Positions 44,930 to 52,926 of a DNA stretch of 64,000 nt are shown in pieces. The stretch spans positions 4,522-68,521 of the forward strand of contig CACYXZ010000001.1 in the NCBI GenBank assembly GCA_902778525.1. The letters are read 5' to 3'. The DNA is from Oscillospiraceae bacterium. GTDB taxonomy: Bacteria > Bacillota > Clostridia > Oscillospirales > Oscillospiraceae. The notes below the pieces were generated by a model, which was not told where the DNA came from, ran no database searches, and saw only the letters and a list, made by a program, of their open reading frames with translations. The position numbers and the translations under genes are program-made. The number at the start of each line of letters is the position of its first letter. Within the stretch, counting starts at the first letter, position 1.

Positions 44930-45443
44930 ATCCGAAAAAGAGCCTGGTGAACAGGGCGGCCGCGGCAAAACCGGTCAGATCGGCAAGCAGGGCCGCGGGG
45001 ATCACATATCGGGTGCGGGAGATCCCGGCAGCACTGAAATAGACGCTGACGGTATAAAAGGTGGTCTCTGTGGAGCCCAGCATCACTGCAGCGGTGCGGC
45101 CGATCCGGGAATCCACCCCATACTGCCGCATCAGATCCGCGCCGACAGCCAGGGCGGCGCTGCCGCTGAAAGGCCGGACCAGGATCAGGGGCAGCGTCTC
45201 CGGCGGCAGGCCGATCCCCCGGCAGAGAGGACCGAGGGCCGCAGAAAGCCTGTCCAGCATCCCGCTGGCCCGCAGCATATTCACGGCGGTCAGCAGAATG
45301 ATCAGCGAGGGGAGGATCGTAATGAGCAGCCGGAGACCTTTTGCAGCGCCGTCCGTCAGGGCGTCGTAGACATTCTCTCTCCGGCGCAGCGCAGCACAGG
45401 CGCACACCGCCAGAATCAGGGGGATCAGCAGATCAGCGATCAT
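44928..45443 (-). CDS. spmB: spore maturation protein B (nucleoside-recognition/Gate domain)
   Basis: LITILPSLIILLTAVNMLRASG...LVRPFSGSAALAV...GSTETTFYTVSVYF. Confidence 0.87.
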   Translation of the reverse strand: MIADLLIPLILAVCACAALRRRENVYDALTDGAAKGLRLLITILPSLIILLTAVNMLRASGMLDRLSAALGPLCRGIGLPPETLPLILVRPFSGSAALAVGADLMRQYGVDSRIGRTAAVMLGSTETTFYTVSVYFSAAGISRTRYVIPAALLADLTGFAAAALFTRLFFG

Positions 45444-46008
45444 GAAACAGGCGCTCCAGGAAGCGGCACATCAGCAGTCCCACGGCGACGGAACAGAGAC
45501 TGGTCAGGAGGACGCAGGGAAGGATGTCCAGCGGCGTGGAGCAGCCAAGTCCGGCCCGGACCGATGCCACTGTGGAGGGCAGCAGCTGGATGGAAGCTGT
45601 ATTCAGCACCACCAGACGGCATTGCTCAGCTGTGGCGGCGCCGGAGCCGTCGGCCATGGCGCGGCAGGCCTCGATCCCCATGGGCGTGGCGGCGTTTCCC
45701 AGACCCAGCAGATTGGCGGTGACGTTGGCGCAAAGGGCCGAGAAACCGTCCGGTTTGTGCCGAAGTTCCGGGAACAGCCGTCCCAGCAGGGGGTCCAGCG
45801 CCCGGGACAACTTTTCCCGCAGGCCACTGCGGGCCATCAGCTCCCCCACGCCGCACCAGAGACACAGCGGTCCTGCCAGGGAAATGCCCAACTCCAGTGC
45901 GGAAGCGGCGCCTTCCATGGCGGCAGGACCGATTCTCCCGGCGGTAGAGAAGAGGAGTCCGCCAAATATGGACAAAACTACCATAATTGTCCATGTAATA
46001 GAAATCAA
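45433..46008 (-). CDS. spmA: spore maturation protein A
   Basis: Membrane protein with Gate-domain pattern ...NVTANLLGLGNAATPMG...; 11-nt overlap with spmB; TTG start. Confidence 0.87.
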   Translation of the reverse strand: MISITWTIMVVLSIFGGLLFSTAGRIGPAAMEGAASALELGISLAGPLCLWCGVGELMARSGLREKLSRALDPLLGRLFPELRHKPDGFSALCANVTANLLGLGNAATPMGIEACRAMADGSGAATAEQCRLVVLNTASIQLLPSTVASVRAGLGCSTPLDILPCVLLTSLCSVAVGLLMCRFLERLFHDR

Positions 46009-46078
46009 TGAGAACGCACTCCTTCGTCATTTATGCACATTTTTTGACCGGATCTGCCCTTTTTTGGCTCAAAACGCA

Positions 46079-46106
46079 TTGACAAAGCACTCCCTTGTGT
46101 TATAAT
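46079..46106 (+). promoter_or_regulatory. Candidate abrB promoter with extended -10
   Basis: TTGACA, 16 nt, (TGt)TATAAT. Confidence 0.55.
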
Positions 46107-46159
46107 GAGACAGAAGCATTCGGCTTTATGTTATTGGTTATGGAAAAGGAGATCAGAAT

Positions 46160-46402
46160 ATGAAATCTACCGGAATCGTCAGAAAAGTTGACGAGCTAGG
46201 GCGCATTGTATTGCCCATTGAGCTCCGTCGGACTCTGGAGATCGCAGAACGTGATTCTCTGGAAATCTATGTGGATGGCTCTACGATTATTCTCAAAAAA
46301 TACGAGCCTGCCTGTGTGTTCTGTGGGGATGCCAAGGATGTTCTGAGCTATAAGGGCCGGAATATCTGCCGTTCCTGCCTCGAGGAAATGAAAAAAATGT
46401 GA
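46160..46402 (+). CDS. abrB: AbrB-family transition-state regulator
   Basis: MKSTGIVRKVDELGRIVLPIELRRTLEIAERDSLEIYVDGSTIILKKY is the SpoVT-AbrB swapped-hairpin N domain. Confidence 0.94.
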   Translation: MKSTGIVRKVDELGRIVLPIELRRTLEIAERDSLEIYVDGSTIILKKYEPACVFCGDAKDVLSYKGRNICRSCLEEMKKM

Positions 46403-46403
46403 G

Positions 46404-46438
46404 AAAAAACACCGTGGAAGTAACCACGGTGTTTTTTT
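46404..46438. terminator. Bidirectional Rho-independent terminator (abrB / rsmI)
   Basis: aaaaaacaccgtgg-aagtaa-ccacggtgttttttt. Confidence 0.85.
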
Positions 46439-47273
46439 ATGCCTGCTGTGACAGGGCGGCTTCATATAATGTGTTTTTCGGGATGCCGCAGGATCTGCTG
46501 GCCTGCTTTACCGCATCCTTGAGGCTCAGGCCCTCCTGCCGAAGCAACTGAACCTGCTGAAGTCCTTCCTCCAGAGAGGGGCCTTCCTCCGCCGGCCTCT
46601 CCGCGCCCCGCAGGATCAGCACATATTCGCCCCGGGGCTCCGTGGAGCTGTAATACTCCACAGCCTGAGACAGCGTCATCCGCAGTGCTTCCTCGTGCAG
46701 CTTGGTCAGTTCCCGGCAAAGGGTGATCTGACGGTCCGGGCCGAAGGTTTTCTGAAAATCCCCCAGGGTGGCGATGAGCTTGTGGGGCGCCTCGTAAAAA
46801 ATCATCGTCCTGGTTTCGTTCCGCAGGGAGTCCAGATGCTCCCGGCGGGATTTTTTGTTGATGGACAGGAATCCTTCAAAGGTGAAGCGTCCCGTGGGGA
46901 GTCCGGAGATGGCCAGAGCGGTAATGGCGGCGCAAGGGCCGGGGATCGCCGTCACGGTAAGACCGGCCTCGGCGCACAGCCGGACCAAATCCTCGCCGGG
47001 ATCGGAGATGGCGGGGGTTCCGGCGTCTGTGACCAGCGCGCAGGTCTCTCCGGCCTTCAGCCGTTCCACAATCGCAGCGCCGCTGGTGACCTTGTTGTGT
47101 TCATAGTAGCTGACCAGCGGCTTCTTCAACCCCAGATGGTTCAGCAGCTTGATGGAGACCCGGGTGTCCTCCGCCGCGATGAAATCGGCCCCGGCCAGAG
47201 CCTCGGCCGCCCGGGGGGAGATGTCGCCCAGATTTCCGATGGGGGTGGGGACAAGGATCAGTGTTCCGGCCAT
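46437..47273 (-). CDS. rsmI: 16S rRNA (cytidine1402-2'-O)-methyltransferase
   Basis: GTLILVPTPIGNLGDISPRAAEALAGADFIAAEDTR. Confidence 0.93.
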   Translation of the reverse strand: MAGTLILVPTPIGNLGDISPRAAEALAGADFIAAEDTRVSIKLLNHLGLKKPLVSYYEHNKVTSGAAIVERLKAGETCALVTDAGTPAISDPGEDLVRLCAEAGLTVTAIPGPCAAITALAISGLPTGRFTFEGFLSINKKSRREHLDSLRNETRTMIFYEAPHKLIATLGDFQKTFGPDRQITLCRELTKLHEEALRMTLSQAVEYYSSTEPRGEYVLILRGAERPAEEGPSLEEGLQQVQLLRQEGLSLKDAVKQASRSCGIPKNTLYEAALSQQA

Positions 47274-47277
47274 AGTG

Positions 47278-47985
47278 TCACTCCTTTGTACGGTGATAAA
47301 TGCGAAGGACTTCCGGGGAGTCGAGACCGTCCGCCGTGCGCAGAAAGAGATCCTCCTCCCACCGAAGGCCCGGGTTTCCGCCCCGTCTGGCCTCGATCAG
47401 AAGCAGATTGGCGGGCTTGTCCGGACTGTGGTGTACGGGACGAAGACGCTTGACCGCAAACCCGGCGGCCTCCAGAGCGGCAAACAGCGCAGGGATACGT
47501 TCCGGACGGAAGACCAGACAGAAGCGCCCGCCCCAGCGGGTGGCCCAGGCGGCGGCGGCGCACAGCTCGGCGAGGGTGCAGCCCCGGTCAGAGCGGGCGG
47601 CGCCCAGATGGTTAGACACCAGCCCGCCGGACTGTTCAAAATAGGGCGGGTTGGAAACGGTCAGATCAAAAGCTCCCGCCGGGAGGATCTCCCGGTAATT
47701 CCTGAGATCCGCCTCCAGAACCTCCGCAGGGATGCCGTTCTCCGCAAGGTTCTTCCGGGCCAGAGGGCAGGCGGCGGGATCGTTCTCCACAGCGGTGAAA
47801 CGCAGGTCGGGACGCCCGAAGCCCATCAGCACCGGCAGCGTTCCGCCGCCGGTACCCAGATCGAGGATCCGTTCGGCCTTGCCCGGCCGCGCAAAGTCCG
47901 CCAGCAGAATGGAATCCGTCCCGAGGGGAAAAACATCCGGCGCCTGATGGAGTACAGGTCCGTCCTTCCAAAGCGGTTGTGACAT
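47278..47985 (-). CDS. SAM-dependent methyltransferase, tRNA1(Val) m6A37 (TrmN6/YfiC)-like
   Basis: ILDLGTGGG and NPPY motifs; position next to rsmI/abrB mirrors the Bacillus yabB-rsmI-abrB neighbourhood. Confidence 0.82.
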   Translation of the reverse strand: MSQPLWKDGPVLHQAPDVFPLGTDSILLADFARPGKAERILDLGTGGGTLPVLMGFGRPDLRFTAVENDPAACPLARKNLAENGIPAEVLEADLRNYREILPAGAFDLTVSNPPYFEQSGGLVSNHLGAARSDRGCTLAELCAAAAWATRWGGRFCLVFRPERIPALFAALEAAGFAVKRLRPVHHSPDKPANLLLIEARRGGNPGLRWEEDLFLRTADGLDSPEVLRIYHRTKE

Positions 47986-48011
47986 GGTGACTCCTTTCCC
48001 GTTGCGGGCAG

Positions 48012-48042
48012 GAAAAGGAGCGCCGCTCCAAGAACGGCGCTC
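48012..48042 (-). terminator. Candidate terminator after the ferredoxin gene
   Basis: Minus strand gagcgccg-ttcttgga-gcggcgctc then cttttcc. Confidence 0.5.
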
Positions 48043-48057
48043 AGATTCCGGTCGTTG

Positions 48058-48228
48058 TCAACCCTGAGAGATGGTCTCCACGGGACAGTTGTCTGCGCAG
48101 GTGCCGCACTCAATGCAGGTGTCAGGATCGATCACATAGTGCTCATCGCCGGGAGCGATGGCCTCCACAGGACAGTTGCTGGCGCACAGACCGCAGGAAA
48201 TGCAGTCATCACCGATTACGTATGCCAT
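48058..48228 (-). CDS. 2x[4Fe-4S] ferredoxin (56 aa)
   Basis: MAYVIGDDCISCGLCASNCPVEAI...DPDTCIECGTCADNCPVETI: two CxxCxxCxxxCP motifs; ggaggtg RBS; only this 3' part of ORF 48058-49278 is credible. Confidence 0.9.
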   Translation of the reverse strand: MAYVIGDDCISCGLCASNCPVEAIAPGDEHYVIDPDTCIECGTCADNCPVETISQG

Positions 48229-48387
48229 TATGTACACCTCCAAATACACAAATCCAGACCTTTGGGGGTCCTTTGCCCCCATTGTATCACGGATTTTCGA
48301 AATTGCAATTCTTTTTACGCAAAATCCTGAGGAACGGAATTGAATTGGATGGAAATGGAAATCATGAACGGGAAAGGATGGTGACCC

Positions 48388-50253
48388 ATGGGCAGATTCG
48401 GAGGAAGCCGCGGGCTGGAGACCGCCCCGAGACCCAGACAGACCGGCGGAGAGACGACAAAACTGCTGGACCGGTTCAGCCTGGATCTGACGGAGCAGGC
48501 GGCACAGGGACTGCTCCCTACGGTGATCGGCCGGAACCGGGAGCTGGAACAGGTGATGGAGATCCTGTGCCGCAAGACAAAAAACAACCCCGCACTGGTG
48601 GGGAAGCCGGGGGTGGGAAAGACGGCGCTGGCGGAAAAGCTGGCGCAGCTGGTCGCCCGGGACCGGGTGCCGGAGCAGCTCCGGGAAAAGCGGATCGTGG
48701 CGCTGTATATGTCCTCGCTGGTGGCGGGGACGAAATACCGGGGAGAGTTTGAAGAGCGGCTCCGGGACATTCTCGACGAGGTGATCCGGGCAGGGAACGT
48801 GATTCTGTTTGTGGACGAGATGCACACCATTGTGGGTGCAGGCTCCGCAGAGGGAGCCATCGATGCGGCAAATATCCTCAAACCGGCTCTGGGCCGGGGC
48901 GAGATCCAGATGATCGGCGCCACCACGGAAAAGGAATACAGAAAGCATATCGAAAAAGACGCGGCCCTGTCCCGGCGGTTCACCCGGGTGGAGGTGCCGG
49001 AGCCCACGGCAATGGAGACGCTTGGAATCCTCAAGGGTCTCCAGCCGGAGTTTGAAGCCTATCACGGGGTACGGTACGCAGACCGGGCGCTGGAGGCGGC
49101 GGTAAGTCTGTCGGGAAGGTACGTTCCGGAGCGGTCCTGGCCGGACCGTGCCGTGGACCTCATGGATGAAGCGGCGTCCATGGTGCGCCTGCAGGCGGAA
49201 TCGGGGATGATCACCCGGGGCGCCAGAACCAGACGTTATCTGGAGATCGGGCACAGCAGACAGGTGGAAGTCCGGCACATGGCGGCGGCGGTATCCCGGC
49301 GGACGGGGATCCCGGCGGAGACGATCAGAGGCCTGCCCGGAGAACGGCTCATGGGGCTGGAGGAGCGTCTGCGTCAGCGGGTGCTTGGACAGGAGTCCGC
49401 GATTCGGACCGTTGTGAGCGTCCTTTTGCGGGGGCAGATGGGGCTGGGCGGGGAGAACCGGCCGAGAGGCTGCTTCCTGTTTGCCGGGCCCAGCGGCGTG
49501 GGCAAGACGGAGCTTTGCCGGGCGCTGGCGGAGGAACTGTTCGGCCGGAGGGACGCCATGATCCGTCTGGATATGACCGAGTACAGCGAAAAAAACGGCG
49601 CCGCCGGCCTCATCGGCGCGCCGCCCGGCTATGCCGGTTACGGGGAGGGCGGCATGCTCACGGAAAAGGTGCGGCGGCAGCCTTGGTCACTGGTGCTGTT
49701 TGATGAGATGGAGAAGGCCCATGCAGATGTGCGAGCGCTGCTGCTGCAGATCATGGAGGAGGGGCAGCTGACGGACGCGGAGGGAACCGCGGTGGACTTT
49801 CGGAACACCGTTGTGGTCATGACCTGCAACCTTGGAGCCGAGAGCAGCAATCGGGAGGGCGCCCCGCTGGGGTTCTCCGCGGGAGAGCCGGACCGGGAGG
49901 CGGGACTGCACCGGGAGCTGAGCACCGCCTTTTCCAGGGAGTTCCTCGGACGGCTGGATGCCGTGGTGCCCTTTGTGCGGCCGAATGAGGAGGCGAGAAA
50001 GGCCATCGCCCGCAAAATGCTCCTGGAGTTCTGTCGGCAGGTGGAGCGGGAAGGGCGGACGCTGGAGCTGGAGCCCGGTGTGGCAGAGTTCCTCTGCAGC
50101 CGCTGGAAGTCGGACGGCTACGGCGTCAGGGGCTTCCGCCGGACACTGGACCGGGAACTGGCGGAGCCGCTGGCGCGGCTGATGGCGGAGGGACGATGGA
50201 TGGGGAAAGCCCGGGTCAGTCCCGGAGCCGATGGGCTGCAAATGACCGTATAG
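48388..50253 (+). CDS. Clp/Hsp100-family double-AAA+ ATPase lacking N-domain and long M-domain
   Basis: D1 Walker A GKPGVGKT, Walker B ILFVDEMH; D2 GPSGVGKTE, VLFDEMEKA; LGF loop (PLGFSAG); 621 aa. Confidence 0.88.
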   Translation: MGRFGGSRGLETAPRPRQTGGETTKLLDRFSLDLTEQAAQGLLPTVIGRNRELEQVMEILCRKTKNNPALVGKPGVGKTALAEKLAQLVARDRVPEQLREKRIVALYMSSLVAGTKYRGEFEERLRDILDEVIRAGNVILFVDEMHTIVGAGSAEGAIDAANILKPALGRGEIQMIGATTEKEYRKHIEKDAALSRRFTRVEVPEPTAMETLGILKGLQPEFEAYHGVRYADRALEAAVSLSGRYVPERSWPDRAVDLMDEAASMVRLQAESGMITRGARTRRYLEIGHSRQVEVRHMAAAVSRRTGIPAETIRGLPGERLMGLEERLRQRVLGQESAIRTVVSVLLRGQMGLGGENRPRGCFLFAGPSGVGKTELCRALAEELFGRRDAMIRLDMTEYSEKNGAAGLIGAPPGYAGYGEGGMLTEKVRRQPWSLVLFDEMEKAHADVRALLLQIMEEGQLTDAEGTAVDFRNTVVVMTCNLGAESSNREGAPLGFSAGEPDREAGLHRELSTAFSREFLGRLDAVVPFVRPNEEARKAIARKMLLEFCRQVEREGRTLELEPGVAEFLCSRWKSDGYGVRGFRRTLDRELAEPLARLMAEGRWMGKARVSPGADGLQMTV

Positions 50254-50256
50254 ACA

Positions 50257-50298
50257 GGAGCCGGTTCTCCCGAACAGGGGGCCGGCTCCAGTTCTTTC
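50257..50298 (+). terminator. Candidate terminator after the clp-like gene
   Basis: ggagccgg...ccggctcc stem followed by agttctttc. Confidence 0.45.
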
Positions 50299-50550
50299 GG
50301 GCAGATCCGGCGCATAAGATCCAACGGGAAAGTCCTGTGTGCATTCTGACGAAAAAAAGAAAAATAGTAAAAAAAGTGATAGTTTTTCACAAAAACCGAG
50401 TAAATCACTTTTGAAAAAGTGAGATAGCAAACGGTTTGAACACTCAAAAATACGCACGGAATTGACAGGTTTTGTGTGTCTGATTTGTGAATAATGCTAT
50501 GGTCCACGGAGAAATAGACAAATTTTTTGACAAAAATTATGAATTATGAC

Positions 50551-50578
50551 TTGTAAAACGTGCAATTTATGCTATAAT
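50551..50578 (+). promoter_or_regulatory. Candidate promoter of the leader/permease transcript
   Basis: TTGTAA, 16 nt, TATAAT at the end of a ~250-nt AT-rich region. Confidence 0.5.
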
Positions 50579-50584
50579 CTTCTT

Positions 50585-50920
50585 TGATAGGCGAAAGCCG
50601 TCACTGTGCCCAATGGGTAAGGCAAAAGACCGTGCCATCCAATTTTCGGTCTTTCCTGGCGGGCGCGCGTTGATTTCACTTCAGAAAGGAGAGAATGCCA
50701 CGAAGGATGGAATCGCAGCATCTCGGTTCTCTTTGTGCAGGTTGAGAACCGATTAGGCAGATGCGGCGGGTTCTGTTCGCGAAACGCACATGGGCCTGAG
50801 GCCCAAACCCTCTTGCACGGTGCCAAAGCGAACCGTATCGTGGCATTTTTGACTTCGTGCGACGCCGCGCTCCGCGGCGAATGGGGAACGTGAAAAATGC
50901 AGAAATGCAAACCAATTAAG
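50585..50920 (+). promoter_or_regulatory. Long structured 5' leader RNA (unclassified; candidate attenuator/riboswitch) upstream of the lplB-like gene
   Basis: No credible ORF. Hairpins at 50626-50653, 50718-50764 (8-bp cggttctc/gagaaccg core), 50792-50804 and 50863-50879. 9-bp long-range helix ATGCCACGA(50695)/TCGTGGCAT(50838) followed by U5. Confidence 0.35.
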
Positions 50921-50935
50921 TAAAGGAGAATTGGC

Positions 50936-51850
50936 ATGCGATTGCTTGAGTTAAAGCGCGACTGGCGAATGAACAAGGGCCTTTACCTCCTGATCATTCC
51001 CGTCGTGATCTACCTCATCGTCTTCAACTATGTGCCTATGGCAGGTATCGTTCTCGGCTTCGAACGCTTCACGCCGAAGAACGGTGTCTTTATGAGCGAG
51101 TGGGTCGGTCTGAAGCATTTTGTGACCTTCTTCAGCTCTGTGTTCTTCATCCGAGTCCTGAAGAACACGCTGATCCTGAGCCTCTACAGCATCATTTTCG
51201 GATTCCCTGCACCGATTCTGTTTGCTCTGCTGCTCAATGAACTGGATAACGAGTACTATAAGAAAGTCATCCAGGTCGTCAGCTACATGCCCAACTTCAT
51301 CTCTACCGTCGTTATCTCCGGTATCATCATCGACTTCGTTGCGAGCGATGGTGTTATCACCGATCTGCTGGTCGGCATCGGTTTCCTGAGGGAAGCCAAG
51401 AACCTGCTGTCGGTACCCGAGTACTTCCGGTCCATCATGGTCCTGACTGATCTGTGGCAGCAGGTCGGCTTCGGCTCCATCCTGTTCCTGGCGGCCCTCA
51501 CCGGTATCGATCAGGAGCTCTACGAGGCCGCGGTCATCGACGGTGCCAACCGCTGGAAGCAGACCATCCATGTGACCATCCCCGGCATCATGCCCACCGT
51601 GGTCATCATGCTGATCATGCGTATCGGCGGCCTGATGAACGCCAACCAGGAAAAGATCCTGCTTCTGTACAACCCCCTGATTTACGAAACCTCCGACGTC
51701 ATCGGAACCTTCGTTTACCGCAAGGGCCTGCTGGAAGCGGACTACGGCTATTCCACGGCCGTCGGTCTTTTCAACTCCGCTGTCAACGTGATTCTTCTGT
51801 TCATCGCCAACGGCGTGTCCAGAAAGTATTCCGAGACCAGCCTGTTCTGA
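50936..51850 (+). CDS. carbohydrate ABC transporter permease (LplB-like)
   Basis: KGLYLLIIPVVIYLIVFNYVPMAGIVLGFERF...; EAA-type loop ELYEAAVIDGANRWKQ. Confidence 0.9.
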   Translation: MRLLELKRDWRMNKGLYLLIIPVVIYLIVFNYVPMAGIVLGFERFTPKNGVFMSEWVGLKHFVTFFSSVFFIRVLKNTLILSLYSIIFGFPAPILFALLLNELDNEYYKKVIQVVSYMPNFISTVVISGIIIDFVASDGVITDLLVGIGFLREAKNLLSVPEYFRSIMVLTDLWQQVGFGSILFLAALTGIDQELYEAAVIDGANRWKQTIHVTIPGIMPTVVIMLIMRIGGLMNANQEKILLLYNPLIYETSDVIGTFVYRKGLLEADYGYSTAVGLFNSAVNVILLFIANGVSRKYSETSLF

Positions 51851-51867
51851 TGGGAGGAAGTTGAAGT

Positions 51868-52764
51868 ATGAATCTTAATTTCGTGATTAAAACTCCCAGC
51901 AGACGTGTCTTCGAGGTTATCAACTATATCCTCCTCGGCTGCTTCGGTATTATCTGTCTGCTGCCCGTGCTGCACTGTATCTGGGCCTCCGTGTCCGATC
52001 CTACGCTGATGGCGCAGCACTCCGGCATTATTCTGTATCCTCTCTTCGATGATGCCCATCCCATCACCTGGTACGGCTACAAGATGGTTTTCGGCAACAA
52101 CTCCCTGCTCATGGGCTACGCCAACACTATCTTCTACTGCGCCGTGGGCGGTGCGTTCTCCACCATCGTCTGCACCATGGGCGGCTTCGTGCTGTCCCGG
52201 AAGGGCCTGATCCTGAAGAAGTACATCATGATCCTGATCACCATCACCATGTTCTTCAATGGTGGTATGATCCCGACCTACATGGTCATCAAGGGCCTGC
52301 ATATGCTTGACACCCGCTGGGTTATGATCATTCCCATGGCTGTCAACGTCATGTCCCTGGTTATCATCCGTACAGCCATCCAGGGTATGCCCGACTCCCT
52401 GGAGGAATCCGCCCGTCTCGACGGCGCCGGCAACTTTGTCATTCTGTTCCGGATCGTGATTCCTCTGGTAAAGGCTACCGTGGCCGTGCTGGCGCTGCAG
52501 TACATCCTGATGAAGTGGAACTCCTACTTCGAAGCGATGATCTATCTGCAGACCCGCGCGCTGTATCCCCTCCAGGTTATCCTGAAAGAAATCCTGACAG
52601 AATCCGATTCCTCTTCTCTGACCTACGATCCGGAGCTCGCCAAGTACTCCGACCTGGTCGAGTACTGCACCATCGTAGTTGCGATTCTCCCCATTTTCTG
52701 CTTCTACCCCTTCATCCTGAAGTATTTCACCAAGGGCATGATGGTCGGCTCTCTGAAGGGCTAA
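51868..52764 (+). CDS. carbohydrate ABC transporter permease (LplC-like)
   Basis: 6-TM; EAA loop LEESARLDGAGNFVILFRIVIPL. Confidence 0.9.
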   Translation: MNLNFVIKTPSRRVFEVINYILLGCFGIICLLPVLHCIWASVSDPTLMAQHSGIILYPLFDDAHPITWYGYKMVFGNNSLLMGYANTIFYCAVGGAFSTIVCTMGGFVLSRKGLILKKYIMILITITMFFNGGMIPTYMVIKGLHMLDTRWVMIIPMAVNVMSLVIIRTAIQGMPDSLEESARLDGAGNFVILFRIVIPLVKATVAVLALQYILMKWNSYFEAMIYLQTRALYPLQVILKEILTESDSSSLTYDPELAKYSDLVEYCTIVVAILPIFCFYPFILKYFTKGMMVGSLKG

Positions 52765-52809
52765 GGTATCCTGTCCCGCGGCTTCGGCCGGCGGAAACGA
52801 ATTTCAGAC

Positions 52810-52838
52810 GGCTCGCCGCTTTTGCGGCGGGCCGTTTT
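52810..52838 (+). terminator. Rho-independent terminator after the permease genes
   Basis: ggctcgccgc-tttt-gcggcgggcc then gTTTT. Confidence 0.7.
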
Positions 52839-52859
52839 CGTCTGCCGTCCGGATTCTAC

Positions 52860-52888
52860 TTGCTTTTACATGGACGGTGCGGTATAAT
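52860..52888 (+). promoter_or_regulatory. Candidate dcw-cluster promoter
   Basis: TTGCTT, 17 nt, TATAAT, 38 nt upstream of rsmH. Confidence 0.5.
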
Positions 52889-52926
52889 TTCTATCGAATC
52901 TATCCGACAGGGACGGGGAGGCTGCC

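Noticed and set aside
48250-48290. Direct repeat CCTTTG-n5-CCTTTG upstream of the clp-like gene as a possible CtsR box
   Set aside because: The CtsR operator is a GGTCAAA heptad repeat. This sequence does not contain it on either strand.
48229-49278. N-terminal 350 aa of the 406-aa minus-strand ORF 48058-49278
   Set aside because: Only the last 56 codons form a bona fide 2x[4Fe-4S] ferredoxin with its own RBS. The remainder is antisense to the Clp ATPase gene.
50590-50640. Partial resemblance of the leader to glycine (GGCAAAAGAC) and cobalamin (GCC.UCACUG...GGGUAAGGC) riboswitch elements
   Set aside because: Only short fragments match. The defining cores are absent (ACCGAAGGGGCAA for glycine; GGUG..AA..CC and CCCGCAAC for cobalamin), and the promoter leaves no room for them.
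50572-50976. 134-aa and 79-aa minus-strand ORFs inside the permease leader region
   Set aside because: They have no RBS or promoter, their composition is odd, and they run antisense into the lplB start. The region is better explained as a structured plus-strand leader RNA.
52765-52926. Search for a degraded mraZ between the permease genes and rsmH
   Set aside because: The spacer is only 162 nt and is fully accounted for by a terminator hairpin and a promoter. No MraZ-like (SpoVT-AbrB) reading frame is present.
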